Below the pieces are notes generated by a model. It was not told the DNA's origin. It was given only the letters and a program-made list of their open reading frames with translations, and ran no database searches. A stretch of 63,632 nucleotides of DNA, counting the filler, from Reticulomyxa filosa (taxonomy: Eukaryota > Protista > Foraminifera), in the NCBI GenBank assembly GCA_000512085.1. It is 21 parts of 21 records of this genome, joined end to end, with 100 filler letters (N's around TTAATTAATTAA, not from the genome) between each part and the next. Parts side by side here need not be neighbours in the genome. Positions count along the whole stretch, not along the records: positions 1 to 1,622 come from ASPP01010074.1; positions 1,723 to 7,224 come from ASPP01014849.1; positions 7,325 to 9,724 come from ASPP01010030.1; positions 9,825 to 12,558 come from ASPP01026440.1; 17 more parts are not named here. One strand, written 5' to 3'. Shown one piece after another: positions 1 through 10,319 of the stretch (positions are counted from its first letter, which is position 1; each line of letters opens with the position of its first letter). The position numbers were made by a program, and so were the translations under genes.

Positions 1-765
1 ACAATAACAATAACAATAACAATAACAATAACAATAATCCAAATACAAAGTCATCACTTCAAACGCAAATAACCAACCAACGAAAAAATAATGACAGCAG
101 TGACTTAACCGACTTGGAAATGAACACGATAATAACCAAACGAAACAACGAAGTTGGCATTGGCAATAGCAATGGCAGTAATAATAATAACAGTGGTGGT
201 GGACATGACCAACAGACGACGGGTCGACTAGCCTCCAAGTCGAACGGCAGTGTGACCAATGGGTCGCAACAAGAGTGGATCAAGTCCTCACAGGTGCCGC
301 AGTCATTCTTCGTGCACTACTATTCCACAATAGGGAATTGGAAATATTCCGGAAAGTTCTTCTTCTTACCATACTGGATCGTCTTTTCCGCGGCCGCAAT
401 CGTGTTTGGACTGCTGTCCAACACGCTGGCCATCCAATTGACCCAAGGCATTGGCAACGTGGTGTTGTTTATCATCGGCCTGTATTGCTGGAGTCAGTCG
501 CCGCGCTTTTTGGACATTTTTGCATTGCGACGAGAGTTGCGTTACTTGGGCACCGTCGGACTGTGCAGTGTGGGTATTTGGATTATTTTGACCGCATTGG
601 CCGAAAACTACGGTCGCACTTTGTTGTTCCGCTTTCTAATTACCACCGATTACGTCATTGCAATTCTCTTCGTGCAGTACCTTCACACGCACTACGTGTT
701 GGTTCTCTGTAAGTTGGACGACGGTTTGTGGCCCTGGGCTGTTTTTTATGCACCTTGTTCCAAAG
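1..765 (+). CDS. Multi-pass membrane protein fragment, 7TM / 7TM-RGS-like
   Basis: Asn-rich low-complexity segment, then four hydrophobic helices. The loop RFLDIFALRRELRYL resembles the D-x-F-x-[IL]-R-x-E-L pattern of protist 7TM-RGS proteins. A probable GT donor at 766 leads into a (TA)n tract. Partial at both ends. Confidence 0.55.
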
Positions 766-769
766 TTGG

Positions 770-771
<2 letters not shown>

Positions 772-835
<64 letters not shown>
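772..835. repeat. (TA)n microsatellite
   Basis: About 30 TA units read directly. Confidence 0.95.
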
Positions 836-839
<4 letters not shown>

Positions 840-1582
840 TTATTTACCTTTTTGAATTAATTGAATCAATTGCTCTTTTTCAATAGCTCCTTTCAAAGTT
901 GATTTGTAATCAATGGACTGTTCTTTACAATACAACAGCAAATCTTTGACGCTCATATTTTGCCATTGCTGTCGCTGTAACGCATCGAGACAGACTTGTT
1001 CATCGTGTTGATCATGTTCGTCCTGTTTCAACTCGACAGTGCCCGAGTTGTCATTGCTGCCATGAGATTGCAACGATGCTTGTCCTATTTTTGGAATCGA
1101 CAGAATGCCATTGATCAATTCACGTTTTTCCAAAAAATGCTTCGGGTGAAACTTGTTGGCAATATCCGCATTGGCACGGTTTACTCTGACGTAATCTTTG
1201 AGAATCGCTTTCAATCTTTGATTACTCATCAAATCTAACTCCTCTTTCGTCCAACTTATCACCCCTATTGTTTTCGACGTTTTCGCCATTTCCTTTTCCT
1301 TTTCCGATGCTTTTGCACAATACTTTTCTTTGTGTGTGCTCCACATTCGATATTTCCCGGTCCAACCGCAACGACACTCGGGAATGTCACTACAGTGAAC
1401 CAACGCTTCACCGATCCATTCTCGCGCTATTGTCGCTGTCAATATCTCTGCTTTCTCAAATTTCTCTCGACAATTTGGACATTCTATTCTTGCCATGTCA
1501 TTGCAGGATGTCACATAGTTGTTTAAACATTGCTTGCAAAATAAATGCTCACAAGGGGTCTTTACTGGATCGCTGCACACGT

Positions 1583-1583
<1 letters not shown>
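840..1583 (-). CDS. RING-HC + TRAF-type zinc finger protein with two SAP-like helical motifs (E3 ligase-like), 5'-truncated
   Basis: RING: DPVKTPCEHLFCKQCL...CPNCR (first CxxC missing). TRAF-like finger: CSDIPECRCGWTG...HKEKYC. SAP-like motifs: MSNQRLKAIL...LEKRELI and MSVKDLLLYCKEQSIDY...IEKEQLI. Confidence 0.75.
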
Positions 1584-1622
<39 letters not shown>

Positions 1623-1722
1623 NNNNNNNNNNNNNNNNNNNNNNNNNNNNNNNNNNNNNNNNNNNNTTAATTAATTAANNNNNNNNNNNNNNNNNNNNNN
1701 NNNNNNNNNNNNNNNNNNNNNN
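1623..1722. other. Artificial contig-joining spacer (first of 20)
   Basis: N44 + TTAATTAATTAA (stops in all six frames) + N44. Identical spacers start at 1623, 7225, 9725, 12559, 16024, 18016, 19201, 31859, 32990, 34417, 36184, 39331, 41525, 42748, 44183, 47258, 48501, 56085, 59067 and 61651. Confidence 0.98.
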
Positions 1723-1757
<35 letters not shown>

Positions 1758-1769
1758 CATGTGTGAAAC

Positions 1770-3099
1770 CGAAGATCTAAAGTATCCAAAGGAGAAGTTC
1801 TTTTCAGCAAAGCATCACGAATAGTGGCACCATGAGTCAGTCCAATGTTTTGTAGAATGACATGTTGCAAATTGGGATGATTTGCAATGAGCATCCCAAG
1901 TTTGTCTTCCGAATTTTGTGTGATCAATTTTCGTTTTTGGGACAGCGACATGCCCTCAAATCTGTGGCTTTTCATTCCAATGCGCCTTCCACTCGAGCCG
2001 TCGCTGTCAGTCTTTCCAATCCAATTGTCACCAACCAAACAGGTATTTACAACCTCTAACTTTTTCAACTTTTCACACTTATATACACTTGTCAGCAGGT
2101 CCATTATTAACGAATGGTACTCAAGATATGTTACCCCTTCATCACATTTGCTGCCATCGATTTTTATGACTTTCATATATGTATATATGCATATATGTGT
2201 ATATGTGTATATATGTATATATATACATATATATACATATATATATGCATATATATATATGCATATATATACACATATATACACATATATAACCTCAATG
2301 TTGTAATAATGCAATAAATTCAAAAAATGGATCATATTTTGATCAATGGTGATATCGGTAATGGCAACATGGCTAATGTCGTGATGTTGAGAGCGGACAA
2401 GTTTTTCAATGTTGCGCCATTCCTCTTGGGACAAAGACAGTGTGCGTGGCGCGATGCTATATGTATCGTCCGCATCTTCTCCGCAGTCGTTATTTTTGGC
2501 CAAAGCTTGTCGTCTCAAATATCCAATGATTTCTTTTGTTTGTTTGTTCTCACATAGTCTGAGAGTTGTTGTGAATATTCACCTTCTTCTTCTTCTGCTT
2601 GTTCTTCTTCTTCTTCGTCGTCTTGGATATTGACGGCATTGTCTTCGTCGTTGTCATTGTCATTGTCATTGTCATGTTTTTCACGATCGGTTCCAATAGT
2701 CATGATTTGATGTTCACAAAACTCTGACGATGACGGAAAATAATGATTCAAGGAACTCTTTTGTCGATGCTTCCGCAATATTATGGCAAAGTCTTTCTTT
2801 TTTTTACTGTAGTTATTATACTGTCCATGCTTGTCCCCGTCGAATGGTCGCAATAATAGCTGCTCGTTTATATCGCTACTATTTGTGTTTTGCAAGCATA
2901 ATGGACGTGACAGCAACGATGCACTCCAATCGTTCCATTCCTGTTCTCTTCTTTCCACTTCTTTCATTACTTCGATCCCTACTTTCTGATAACCTTCACT
3001 GTGCAACGGTCTCTTCACCTTCTCTTCCCAATTGTTCACTGAAAACACACTGAGTCCTAGCTCGGCTATCGTTTGCACACTCTTTACCCATGTTTGCAT
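1770..3099 (-). CDS. Multi-exon protein with RNI-like leucine-rich repeats, 3'-truncated
   Basis: ORFs 2515-3099 and 1667-2518 are interrupted by AT-rich introns (e.g. ~2172-2294). LRR-like segments: KLKKLEVVNT, NLQHVILQNIGL, PLDTLDLR. Confidence 0.55.
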
Positions 3100-3642
3100 C
3101 GTGCTTATTTACTTGCTTTTTCAAAACGAAAAAAAAAAAAAAAAATTAAAAAAAAAATGAATTATAAATTATTTTATTCAATTTCTTTCTTGTCTTCAAT
3201 TTGAAACTCGTAGGTTTACGCTCATCATTGCCAAGGTAAAATAAGATGAAATGACACATTTTTTTGGCGTCTTTGATCTAAAATGAAACAATCTTTGTCA
3301 AGCTGTTTTCTTCATGCACAGAAAATGTTTATTTCTATATTCTATGTTTTAGAATATAAAAATTCAAAAAAGCTGCATTGGTGTGTATTTTCGACTTTTT
3401 AAATATTTTGTTGAAGCTTCGTCCAAATATTATCAACATAACTTGATATATTCCCACTAGAAAATAAAAATATTTTATAGAACAGTCAAAAAAAGATAAA
3501 AACAAAAATATTCCAAAAGTTTAAATCAAAGAAACAGCTACTCAAAAAAAAGTATTTGGATATGCTTTCCGCTTTTTGTAAGGTGAGTTTCATATAAAAA
3601 AAAAACTTGTATATTCTTTATTTGGATGTTAAGTTGTCGTAA

Positions 3643-4968
3643 ATGGAGTATTGTTTTCCAACTGGTGTCTCTCGTGCCCGCGATGGCAGGTTGCCAGCGT
3701 TTTCTTCCTCTTCACCGTCAGTGTCGAGGAAGCACAAAACGAATCGGCGGGTTTGGCTTGTGTTATACATAGTAGTATATATCGGGGTGATAATGTTTCA
3801 AGCAATCGGAAGCAAGCGGTATTGGAATATTCTGCTGTTTCCGGTGCCATTGTTATCGGCAGCTGGTATATACGTAGTGTCGAAGCGAGTGTTGCCAGGA
3901 TTGACCGGATGGAGCAGCGCGGAGCAAGCAATGGATGACGATGCATTTGTGACATTTAGCCAAAGTTTTTTCGGAGGAGGATTGTTTGCATGGATGCTGG
4001 AGAGTACTCTAGGTTTGGTCGAGTTATTTGTGTTTTTTGGCATCCCAAAAGTGGCAACGGACAATCAATCCAAAATCCAAAGTGTTCGCGAAAACAATTT
4101 CAGCGGGTACCAAACCAACGTTCCAATTCACATTTTTTTATTTTTGAATAGTTATTTCGTATCCAGTGTCGTCGAGGAGCTCACTAAAGCACTGATACTC
4201 CAGCATTGTTGTAAATTATATTTACCTTTCCTGACGTACTTAACTTTGCCCAGTCATTTAATGTCGTTTTTATTGCTCGGTGTCGCTGCAGGTGCAGGGG
4301 TGGGCACTGCCGAAGCTGTCGTATACGTATGTCTGTATGCAGGGGATGCATCCGCGGCGGCACAAATGTGGCTCTTGCTAGTACGTATACTGGTACGTAT
4401 ACCGTTCCACTCACTGCTTGGAGTCATGTGGGGAATGGAATTGTCCAAGCGTGAAATCCTTGGGCTGTATAAAAGATGCTCGTGGATACGTATGGGATGG
4501 AAGCCGATATTGTTTCATGGAACATTCTTGTTCTTGCAAATTGAATACGTACTTTTGGTGTCTGATGTTACGTATGACGTCATGGGGTGGAACGTGCTCG
4601 GCGCTGTCGTCGCGTGCATACTGCTCCTCGTCTTTGCTTTACTCACATGCAAGGATCTCTCCACCAACTTTACCAACATGCAAAGGATTCAAATTCGAGA
4701 GAGAGAGTACCCACCCGATGACGACGACAAAGATAAAGAACACCTCACTCAGACTCCTGTCACCACCACTCCTATTTCGACTCCTATTTCGACTCCTATT
4801 GCCACCACTGTCGCTGCTTCGACTATTGATACTACTATTGATACTACTATTTATACTACTATTGATACTACTATTGATACTGCTATTGATGCTAATATTA
4901 CTATTGCTACGTCTCCTTCTCATGTTCAGGAGGAACTCTCCCTCCAAACTCAAGAGGTCGGATTGTAG
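3643..4968 (+). CDS. PrsW-family (CPBP clan) intramembrane glutamic protease with Thr-rich tail
   Basis: Intronless 441-aa ORF with about 8 TM helices. Ordered motifs VVEELTK (EExxK), GVGTAE (variant of FxxxE), PFHSLLG and LFHGTF match the PrsW four-motif pattern. Confidence 0.75.
   Translation: MEYCFPTGVSRARDGRLPAFSSSSPSVSRKHKTNRRVWLVLYIVVYIGVIMFQAIGSKRYWNILLFPVPLLSAAGIYVVSKRVLPGLTGWSSAEQAMDDDAFVTFSQSFFGGGLFAWMLESTLGLVELFVFFGIPKVATDNQSKIQSVRENNFSGYQTNVPIHIFLFLNSYFVSSVVEELTKALILQHCCKLYLPFLTYLTLPSHLMSFLLLGVAAGAGVGTAEAVVYVCLYAGDASAAAQMWLLLVRILVRIPFHSLLGVMWGMELSKREILGLYKRCSWIRMGWKPILFHGTFLFLQIEYVLLVSDVTYDVMGWNVLGAVVACILLLVFALLTCKDLSTNFTNMQRIQIREREYPPDDDDKDKEHLTQTPVTTTPISTPISTPIATTVAASTIDTTIDTTIYTTIDTTIDTAIDANITIATSPSHVQEELSLQTQEVGL
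4765..4905 (+). repeat. 12-bp coding tandem repeats (ACTCCTATTTCG, ACTACTATTGAT)
   Basis: Encode TPIS and TTID repeats in the tail of the PrsW-like protein. Confidence 0.85.
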
Positions 4969-6091
4969 TCAGCTTTTTTTTTTTTTTTTTTTTTTGTTAT
5001 TCATTCCGACATATACATGTCCCAAACCCCTTAGCTTTATGTTGGAAGGGGAAAAGGATCTCCACAAAAAAATACTGTTTAATTCAACACCGTATTTCTT
5101 TTTTTTTTAATGTTAACTCAGCATAAAACAGAATTATACACAATGCAACATTTTAAAATTGGTACCAATAATATCATAACTTTGCTTTTGGAAAAACGAA
5201 AAAAGTGCAATTCGGAGAAAGGAAGAATGTAAAAAAAAAAAAAGATTAATTGATCTTTGCGTGAAATCACATCGTCAGACGGTCAGATTTGTGCCAAGGC
5301 AAATTTTTTTATAAAAAAACAATTCTTTATATAATTGATTCTATACAAATTGAAAATAAAGACAATATCGAAATTTTATTAATAAAATGCATGAACAAAT
5401 ACAAATATTGATAGAATAGCTTAATTACAAAGAAAATAAGAAATTGATTATCTAAATTAGTGAAATTTTTTATAATATGTAATTTTTTCACTATAATTAA
5501 ACAAAGAATGCGAAAATACGTATAAAAGAACATGAAATATATTACATGCACGACATACAATGACAAAATGACGTAAGAATAAATTATATATTATATCTGA
5601 AAGATAAAAAAAACAATCAGTTTAAACACAGATAGACTTGAAGTAAAATTACCAGCAAGTACGACTATACGTGGAATATTGTTTTATTTTGCAATTTAAT
5701 TTTAAAAGTTTGTTTTTCAAACTCAAAATATCTTCTTCTATTACAAAAATAAAACGTGAACAGCATAAAGTTGCTGCAATGATTACAATATCAAATGAAT
5801 ACCATAGATATACTCTTCAAACTCTGATAATTTTCAAAACTAAGTATACACCGTTGACTCACACTAAACGTAGCTAACAATAGTCTTATCAAGTCCAATA
5901 CGTGTTACAAAGCAAACAAAAACCTCGTCTTGAACACCACAAATATTCTTCTATTCCCACCATTGCGCTTACCACTCGCTAAATAATTTCATCTTCTACA
6001 CCTAACTTTAAAAACACTGTTTTAACTTGAATTCCCAGTGGGGCCTCCTCATTATTCGATAGGAATAATAGGTGCAGTAATTATTTGATGA

Positions 6092-7198
6092 ATGTCTTCT
6101 GGGAGAGGTTTTCGTGTAGAGCGTGTAGTGCAATGTGGATCTGAGCATTTCCAAGGTAGTGAAAGGATAGCGTCCTCATCGGACAAAGGGTTGGCAGTGC
6201 GTGCGAACGAAGCGCTGCAAAAGCGCGGGATAATAGGTACGGTGACGATCGAATCGATCAATGAAACGAAATGTATGGAAAAGAAGTTTGAAGAAGCGAA
6301 GAGTATATTGGAAGACGTGATCGAGCAAAGCAAGACACAGCGTAAGGGATTTCAATGTCGTTTCATCATGGACAATGTGACAACACTCAAGCACATTGAA
6401 GTGGAAGACCGAGGGATCCCAGGATGGTTGACATCAACAAAGTTTGCAAAAGAGAAATGGAACCAAGGTCAGAACATGATTGTGGTGTCGTTGCAGAACG
6501 AGGAGTTGAAGCAAAAGGGTATCCGTGAGGGGTTTCGAATTGTGCGAATTAACGGACATGACGTGAGCAACCACCCTTTCGCACAAATTCAAAAAGAAAT
6601 AATCGCCGCCGTCAACGACACGCGTCAAAGATACCAAATTGTGTTTGAAGAGGGGATATTGTCATGGTTCGATTTGGATGTGGACATGAATGGAAGTGGT
6701 ACCGGACCGGTCTTCTTCTCTTCCTCTGCGTCTGCTTCTGTATCTTCTGCCCCTTCTGCTATGGCTTCGTCGTCTGAGTCAGTCACCATTGCACACCATG
6801 GACAGGCCACGTTGGCACCACACAGCGATGGTGTACATGTGACCGCCTGGCTGTCCACACATCCTCATGGCTGCTTGCTTACGCAGATTCAGAACAAAAA
6901 CGTCGCTCATGAGTCGTTCGAGGAAATAGTCGCCTTGTACTATCAAACATCCTGTCCTTTCCACCTGACTCTGCTTCGGCCCAGTCCCAATCACACACAA
7001 CACACGGTTGAAAAGCTGGATGTTGTCACGTCCAATGAACATCAGCGCACTGATAGTGCTGACACTACAGGAGTGCCCTCTTTGTCTGAAGGTGACTCGG
7101 ATGATGAAAGTGTGTCCAGCGATTCTGATAATAACAACAAAGATGCTGAACCCTCTTTTGTTAGGGCTGCTCAGAAAAAAAATAAACAGGAACTTTGA
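6092..7198 (+). CDS. Protein with tandem degenerate PDZ-like domains
   Basis: 368-aa ORF with three PDZ C-terminal-half-like segments: GIIGTVTIESINETKCMEKKFEEAKSIL, GIREGFRIVRINGHDVSNHPFAQIQKEI and LLTQIQNKNVAHESFEEIVALY...PFHLTL. Confidence 0.55.
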   Translation: MSSGRGFRVERVVQCGSEHFQGSERIASSSDKGLAVRANEALQKRGIIGTVTIESINETKCMEKKFEEAKSILEDVIEQSKTQRKGFQCRFIMDNVTTLKHIEVEDRGIPGWLTSTKFAKEKWNQGQNMIVVSLQNEELKQKGIREGFRIVRINGHDVSNHPFAQIQKEIIAAVNDTRQRYQIVFEEGILSWFDLDVDMNGSGTGPVFFSSSASASVSSAPSAMASSSESVTIAHHGQATLAPHSDGVHVTAWLSTHPHGCLLTQIQNKNVAHESFEEIVALYYQTSCPFHLTLLRPSPNHTQHTVEKLDVVTSNEHQRTDSADTTGVPSLSEGDSDDESVSSDSDNNNKDAEPSFVRAAQKKNKQEL

Positions 7199-8361
7199 TT
7201 GCCTTTACAAATTTCACATTTCCCNNNNNNNNNNNNNNNNNNNNNNNNNNNNNNNNNNNNNNNNNNNNTTAATTAATTAANNNNNNNNNNNNNNNNNNNN
7301 NNNNNNNNNNNNNNNNNNNNNNNNCAGTGTCTTTTCCGATGCCATTTTTGACGACTTCATGCTGCACTGCCAACACTTTCAATAAAAATATGCATCCACT
7401 TCAAAGATTGTTCTTAATTTCAAGTACCTATTATAACAAACAATACTTTAATTTACTTTGTTGTTTTGAAAAAAACTTCCTCCTTTTTGAAAAATATTTC
7501 AGAAGCCTATTTATTTGTTTTCCTTTCAAAATCAAATTCTAGTGGTCAAGTATTTCGTCATGACGATAAACATAAAAAAACAAAATTTGTAACTTTACCT
7601 ATCAATTCTATTTTAATAACACAAACGAATTTTCGCGCAATGAAGAGAAAAGGACGATGAAAAAAAAGGGGCAAAAGCACAAGTCAGACGAAGAAGGTTA
7701 AAAATTGAAGAATCGTCAAAAAGTATCCGTCAAAGATTTTCATTTAAAAAGATTAATCTTCAACTTTTTAAAAAATTTTCAAAAAATGAACAAAAATATT
7801 AAGTTTTTAACAACATCTGTGTAAACTAAGTTTGAAGTATAAAAGATGAAAAATGAAACATTGAATAAGAAATTGGAAGAACAGCAACCATTTAGCAAAA
7901 TTGACTCGCTGACGCAAGATCACCGAGAAAAGTGTATCCATCACATTAAAACAAGTGTTAACTCAAGATTTTGTGTCCTTTTATAACAAAAACGATTCAA
8001 AACAAACTGCTGTGTAGGTTATTAAATGAACAACGACAACAACAAATTGTTTTCTCAACTTTCTCTATTGAAAGTTTTAATTCATTAAACAAAATTCTAC
8101 GATCATAAAAAAGTATATTGATGTATTTCCTCTTGAGTTTACTTTTGACGAAGAAAATTTTTTCATTTCTCACTCTGTCTTTTCCAGGCCGGATCTCGAA
8201 GATAATTTGATATTTTCTTGTATATTTATCAAGTTCGTTAGTGAACTTGTTAATACAAGAGAAGAGGGGATAGAGAGAGAAAGAAAGAAGCAAAAAATAA
8301 AAAAGATCCGAGCAAATATAGGAATATTCAACATATTTTTTGTTTAGTTGATTGGTCTTGT

Positions 8362-9655
8362 TTAAATGCTGATCATGGCAGGTCTTTTGGGCGCTTTAGT
8401 CTTGACTGAATCAGTAGCCTTAGTTGTAGACGTAGTTCCAGTTGGCTTATTAGTGTTTGCGGTTTCTGCATCCGCATTTAAAGTAGGATTGGTTACTTCG
8501 ACAGTCTTTGACGTTGATTTTTTAGCCGAAGCATCAGCGGCAGGTTTCGTTTCCTCAGAGCTGTGCATCGCATCAAACAGCATACAATTAAAAATAAAAA
8601 AAAAAAAAAAAAAAATTTATACAATATATATACATATATATATATATATGTGTATATAATAACTTAGGTTTGATGACAATGGTCACTGGGGAGTCTTTTT
8701 GCTTTTTAGCACTTTGGTCTGTTGTGCCATTATCATCTTTGGCTTTCGACTGCTTTTTCTTTGTCTTTGTATCGTCCTTTTCTTCTTTTGGTTTTTTTTC
8801 TTTCTTTTTCTTTTTTTCCTTGTTTTTGGATTTGGATTTAGATTTGGATTTGGGTTTGGATTTGGACTTTTTCTTTTTCTTCTTCTTGCTTTTTTGTCCG
8901 ACTCTGACGACTCTGAGCTCGTGTCCTCGTCTTGTGCTTTTTTCGTCGAGGATTTCCTCTTCGATTTTTTATTTTTTTTTTGGACTTCTTTTCGTTTTCT
9001 TCATTTTCATCATCATCTTCATTATCATTATCATCATTATCATCATCATCATCATCATCATCACCATCATCATCATCATTATTATTATTGTCTTCTTCAT
9101 CACTTTCTTTGTTATCTTCACTTTCCTCTTCATTCTCATCTTCGCTTTCGTTATCACTTTGTTTCTTTTTGTGCTTTCCTTTTTTCGATTTCTTTTGCTT
9201 TGTTTTTGTCTTTGTCTGCTTCTTTGCAGTGTCCTTCTTACCTTTGCTTTTCTTATTCTTATTTTTATTTTTATTCTTATTCTTATTCTTATTCTTATTC
9301 TTATTTTTATTCTTATTCTTATTCTTCTTCGTCTTCGTCTTCGTCGTCGCTGTTGCCTTGTCCTCGTCGGCAGCAATGACAACGGTATCGTCCGTCTTTC
9401 CTTTTGCATTTACGTTTATTGCGCTTTGTGTATTCTCGTCTTTGTCTTCTATTGCACTGTCATTCGACAGGTTTAACGTGCTCATCATCTTTGCTATACT
9501 TGGTTCCGTTTTCCTTCTCTTCTTTGGCGGTTCTGCGTCTTTCGCTTCGTCATCATTCTCCACTTTTACTTCCGATCGTCTTCTCTTCTTATTCCCATTT
9601 TCCTCATCGCTCTTTCCCTTTCCAGTTTCTTCTGTTTCTGGTTTGTTTGAATCTT
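8362..9655 (-). CDS. Low-complexity Lys-rich/acidic nuclear protein, 5'-truncated
   Basis: PPKKRRK NLS-like motif, (KN)n, poly-D/E and KSKSK tracts. One frame change lies in a homopolymer near 8970. An intron (~8580-8665) precedes the last exon. Confidence 0.55.
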
Positions 9656-9833
9656 TTTTGTTTTGTTTTGTTTGGTTTGGGTTTTTTTTTTTTTGGGGGG
9701 GGGGGAGGGGGGTAGTTTGTCGAANNNNNNNNNNNNNNNNNNNNNNNNNNNNNNNNNNNNNNNNNNNNTTAATTAATTAANNNNNNNNNNNNNNNNNNNN
9801 NNNNNNNNNNNNNNNNNNNNNNNNGAAGAAAAT

Positions 9834-9890
9834 CAATCATCTCTATAAGGTGCCGTTTTATGTGTCAACTTTACTTTGCATTCTACTGTA
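9834..9890. mobile_element. Tc1/mariner-type terminal inverted repeat end plus TA
   Basis: Near-identical to 47358-47412. It ends in ...TTCTACTG|TA, i.e. TA-CAGT... on the other strand, the typical Tc1 terminus. Confidence 0.7.
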
Positions 9891-10319
9891 TTACTTATCA
9901 TTAAAAAGAACAAAAGAAATCATATATTCATGAATATTTAGACATAATTGGGCCTGGAGATGTGGAATATGTATTTGTTATAATAGTGATGCAGATAACC
10001 TATTGTTTGATGGATTATCATATTATTGATAAGAAAGAAGAAGTTTCAATTGGAAGTTACGAAAAAGATATTACTAATTGTTATTTTTAATTTTTAATTT
10101 TTTATTTTATCAAAAAAAATGGTAATAGACCAAAAGGTGATGGCCAAACACAACACTACTAATTACAATGAAAAACACATCATATGAATATCAGCGAACA
10201 TATTTGCAAATGAAAGAACATTCACGTATCGATACTGTCCAACAAGACACTGGATAAAACTTTCATGAACCGATAAAACAATGTACGAGTTCAATATATA
10301 TTTTTTCGAAACTTCAAAA

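Noticed and set aside
1-38. (ACAATA)n at contig starts (also 18116-18135) as a telomeric repeat
   Set aside because: Short, lacks a G-rich strand, and lies in frame with Asn-rich coding sequence (AAC AAT), so it is a coding microsatellite.
1667-1678. Recurring palindrome TTAATTAATTAA (20 copies)
   Set aside because: Always centred in exactly 44+44 Ns and has stops in all six frames, so it is an artificial linker, not a biological repeat or CRISPR. ORFs ending in X...LIN are artefacts of it.
4765-4905. 12-bp tandem repeats as a CRISPR-like array
   Set aside because: No unique spacers and no cas genes; the repeats are in-frame Thr-rich coding repeats.
8670-9780. Long + strand ORFs rich in Phe/Ile/Ser/His
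   Set aside because: Antisense shadows of the low-complexity Lys/Asp gene on the - strand. The same applies at 25556-26027, 4418-5110 and 18540-19256 (alternative frames or strands).
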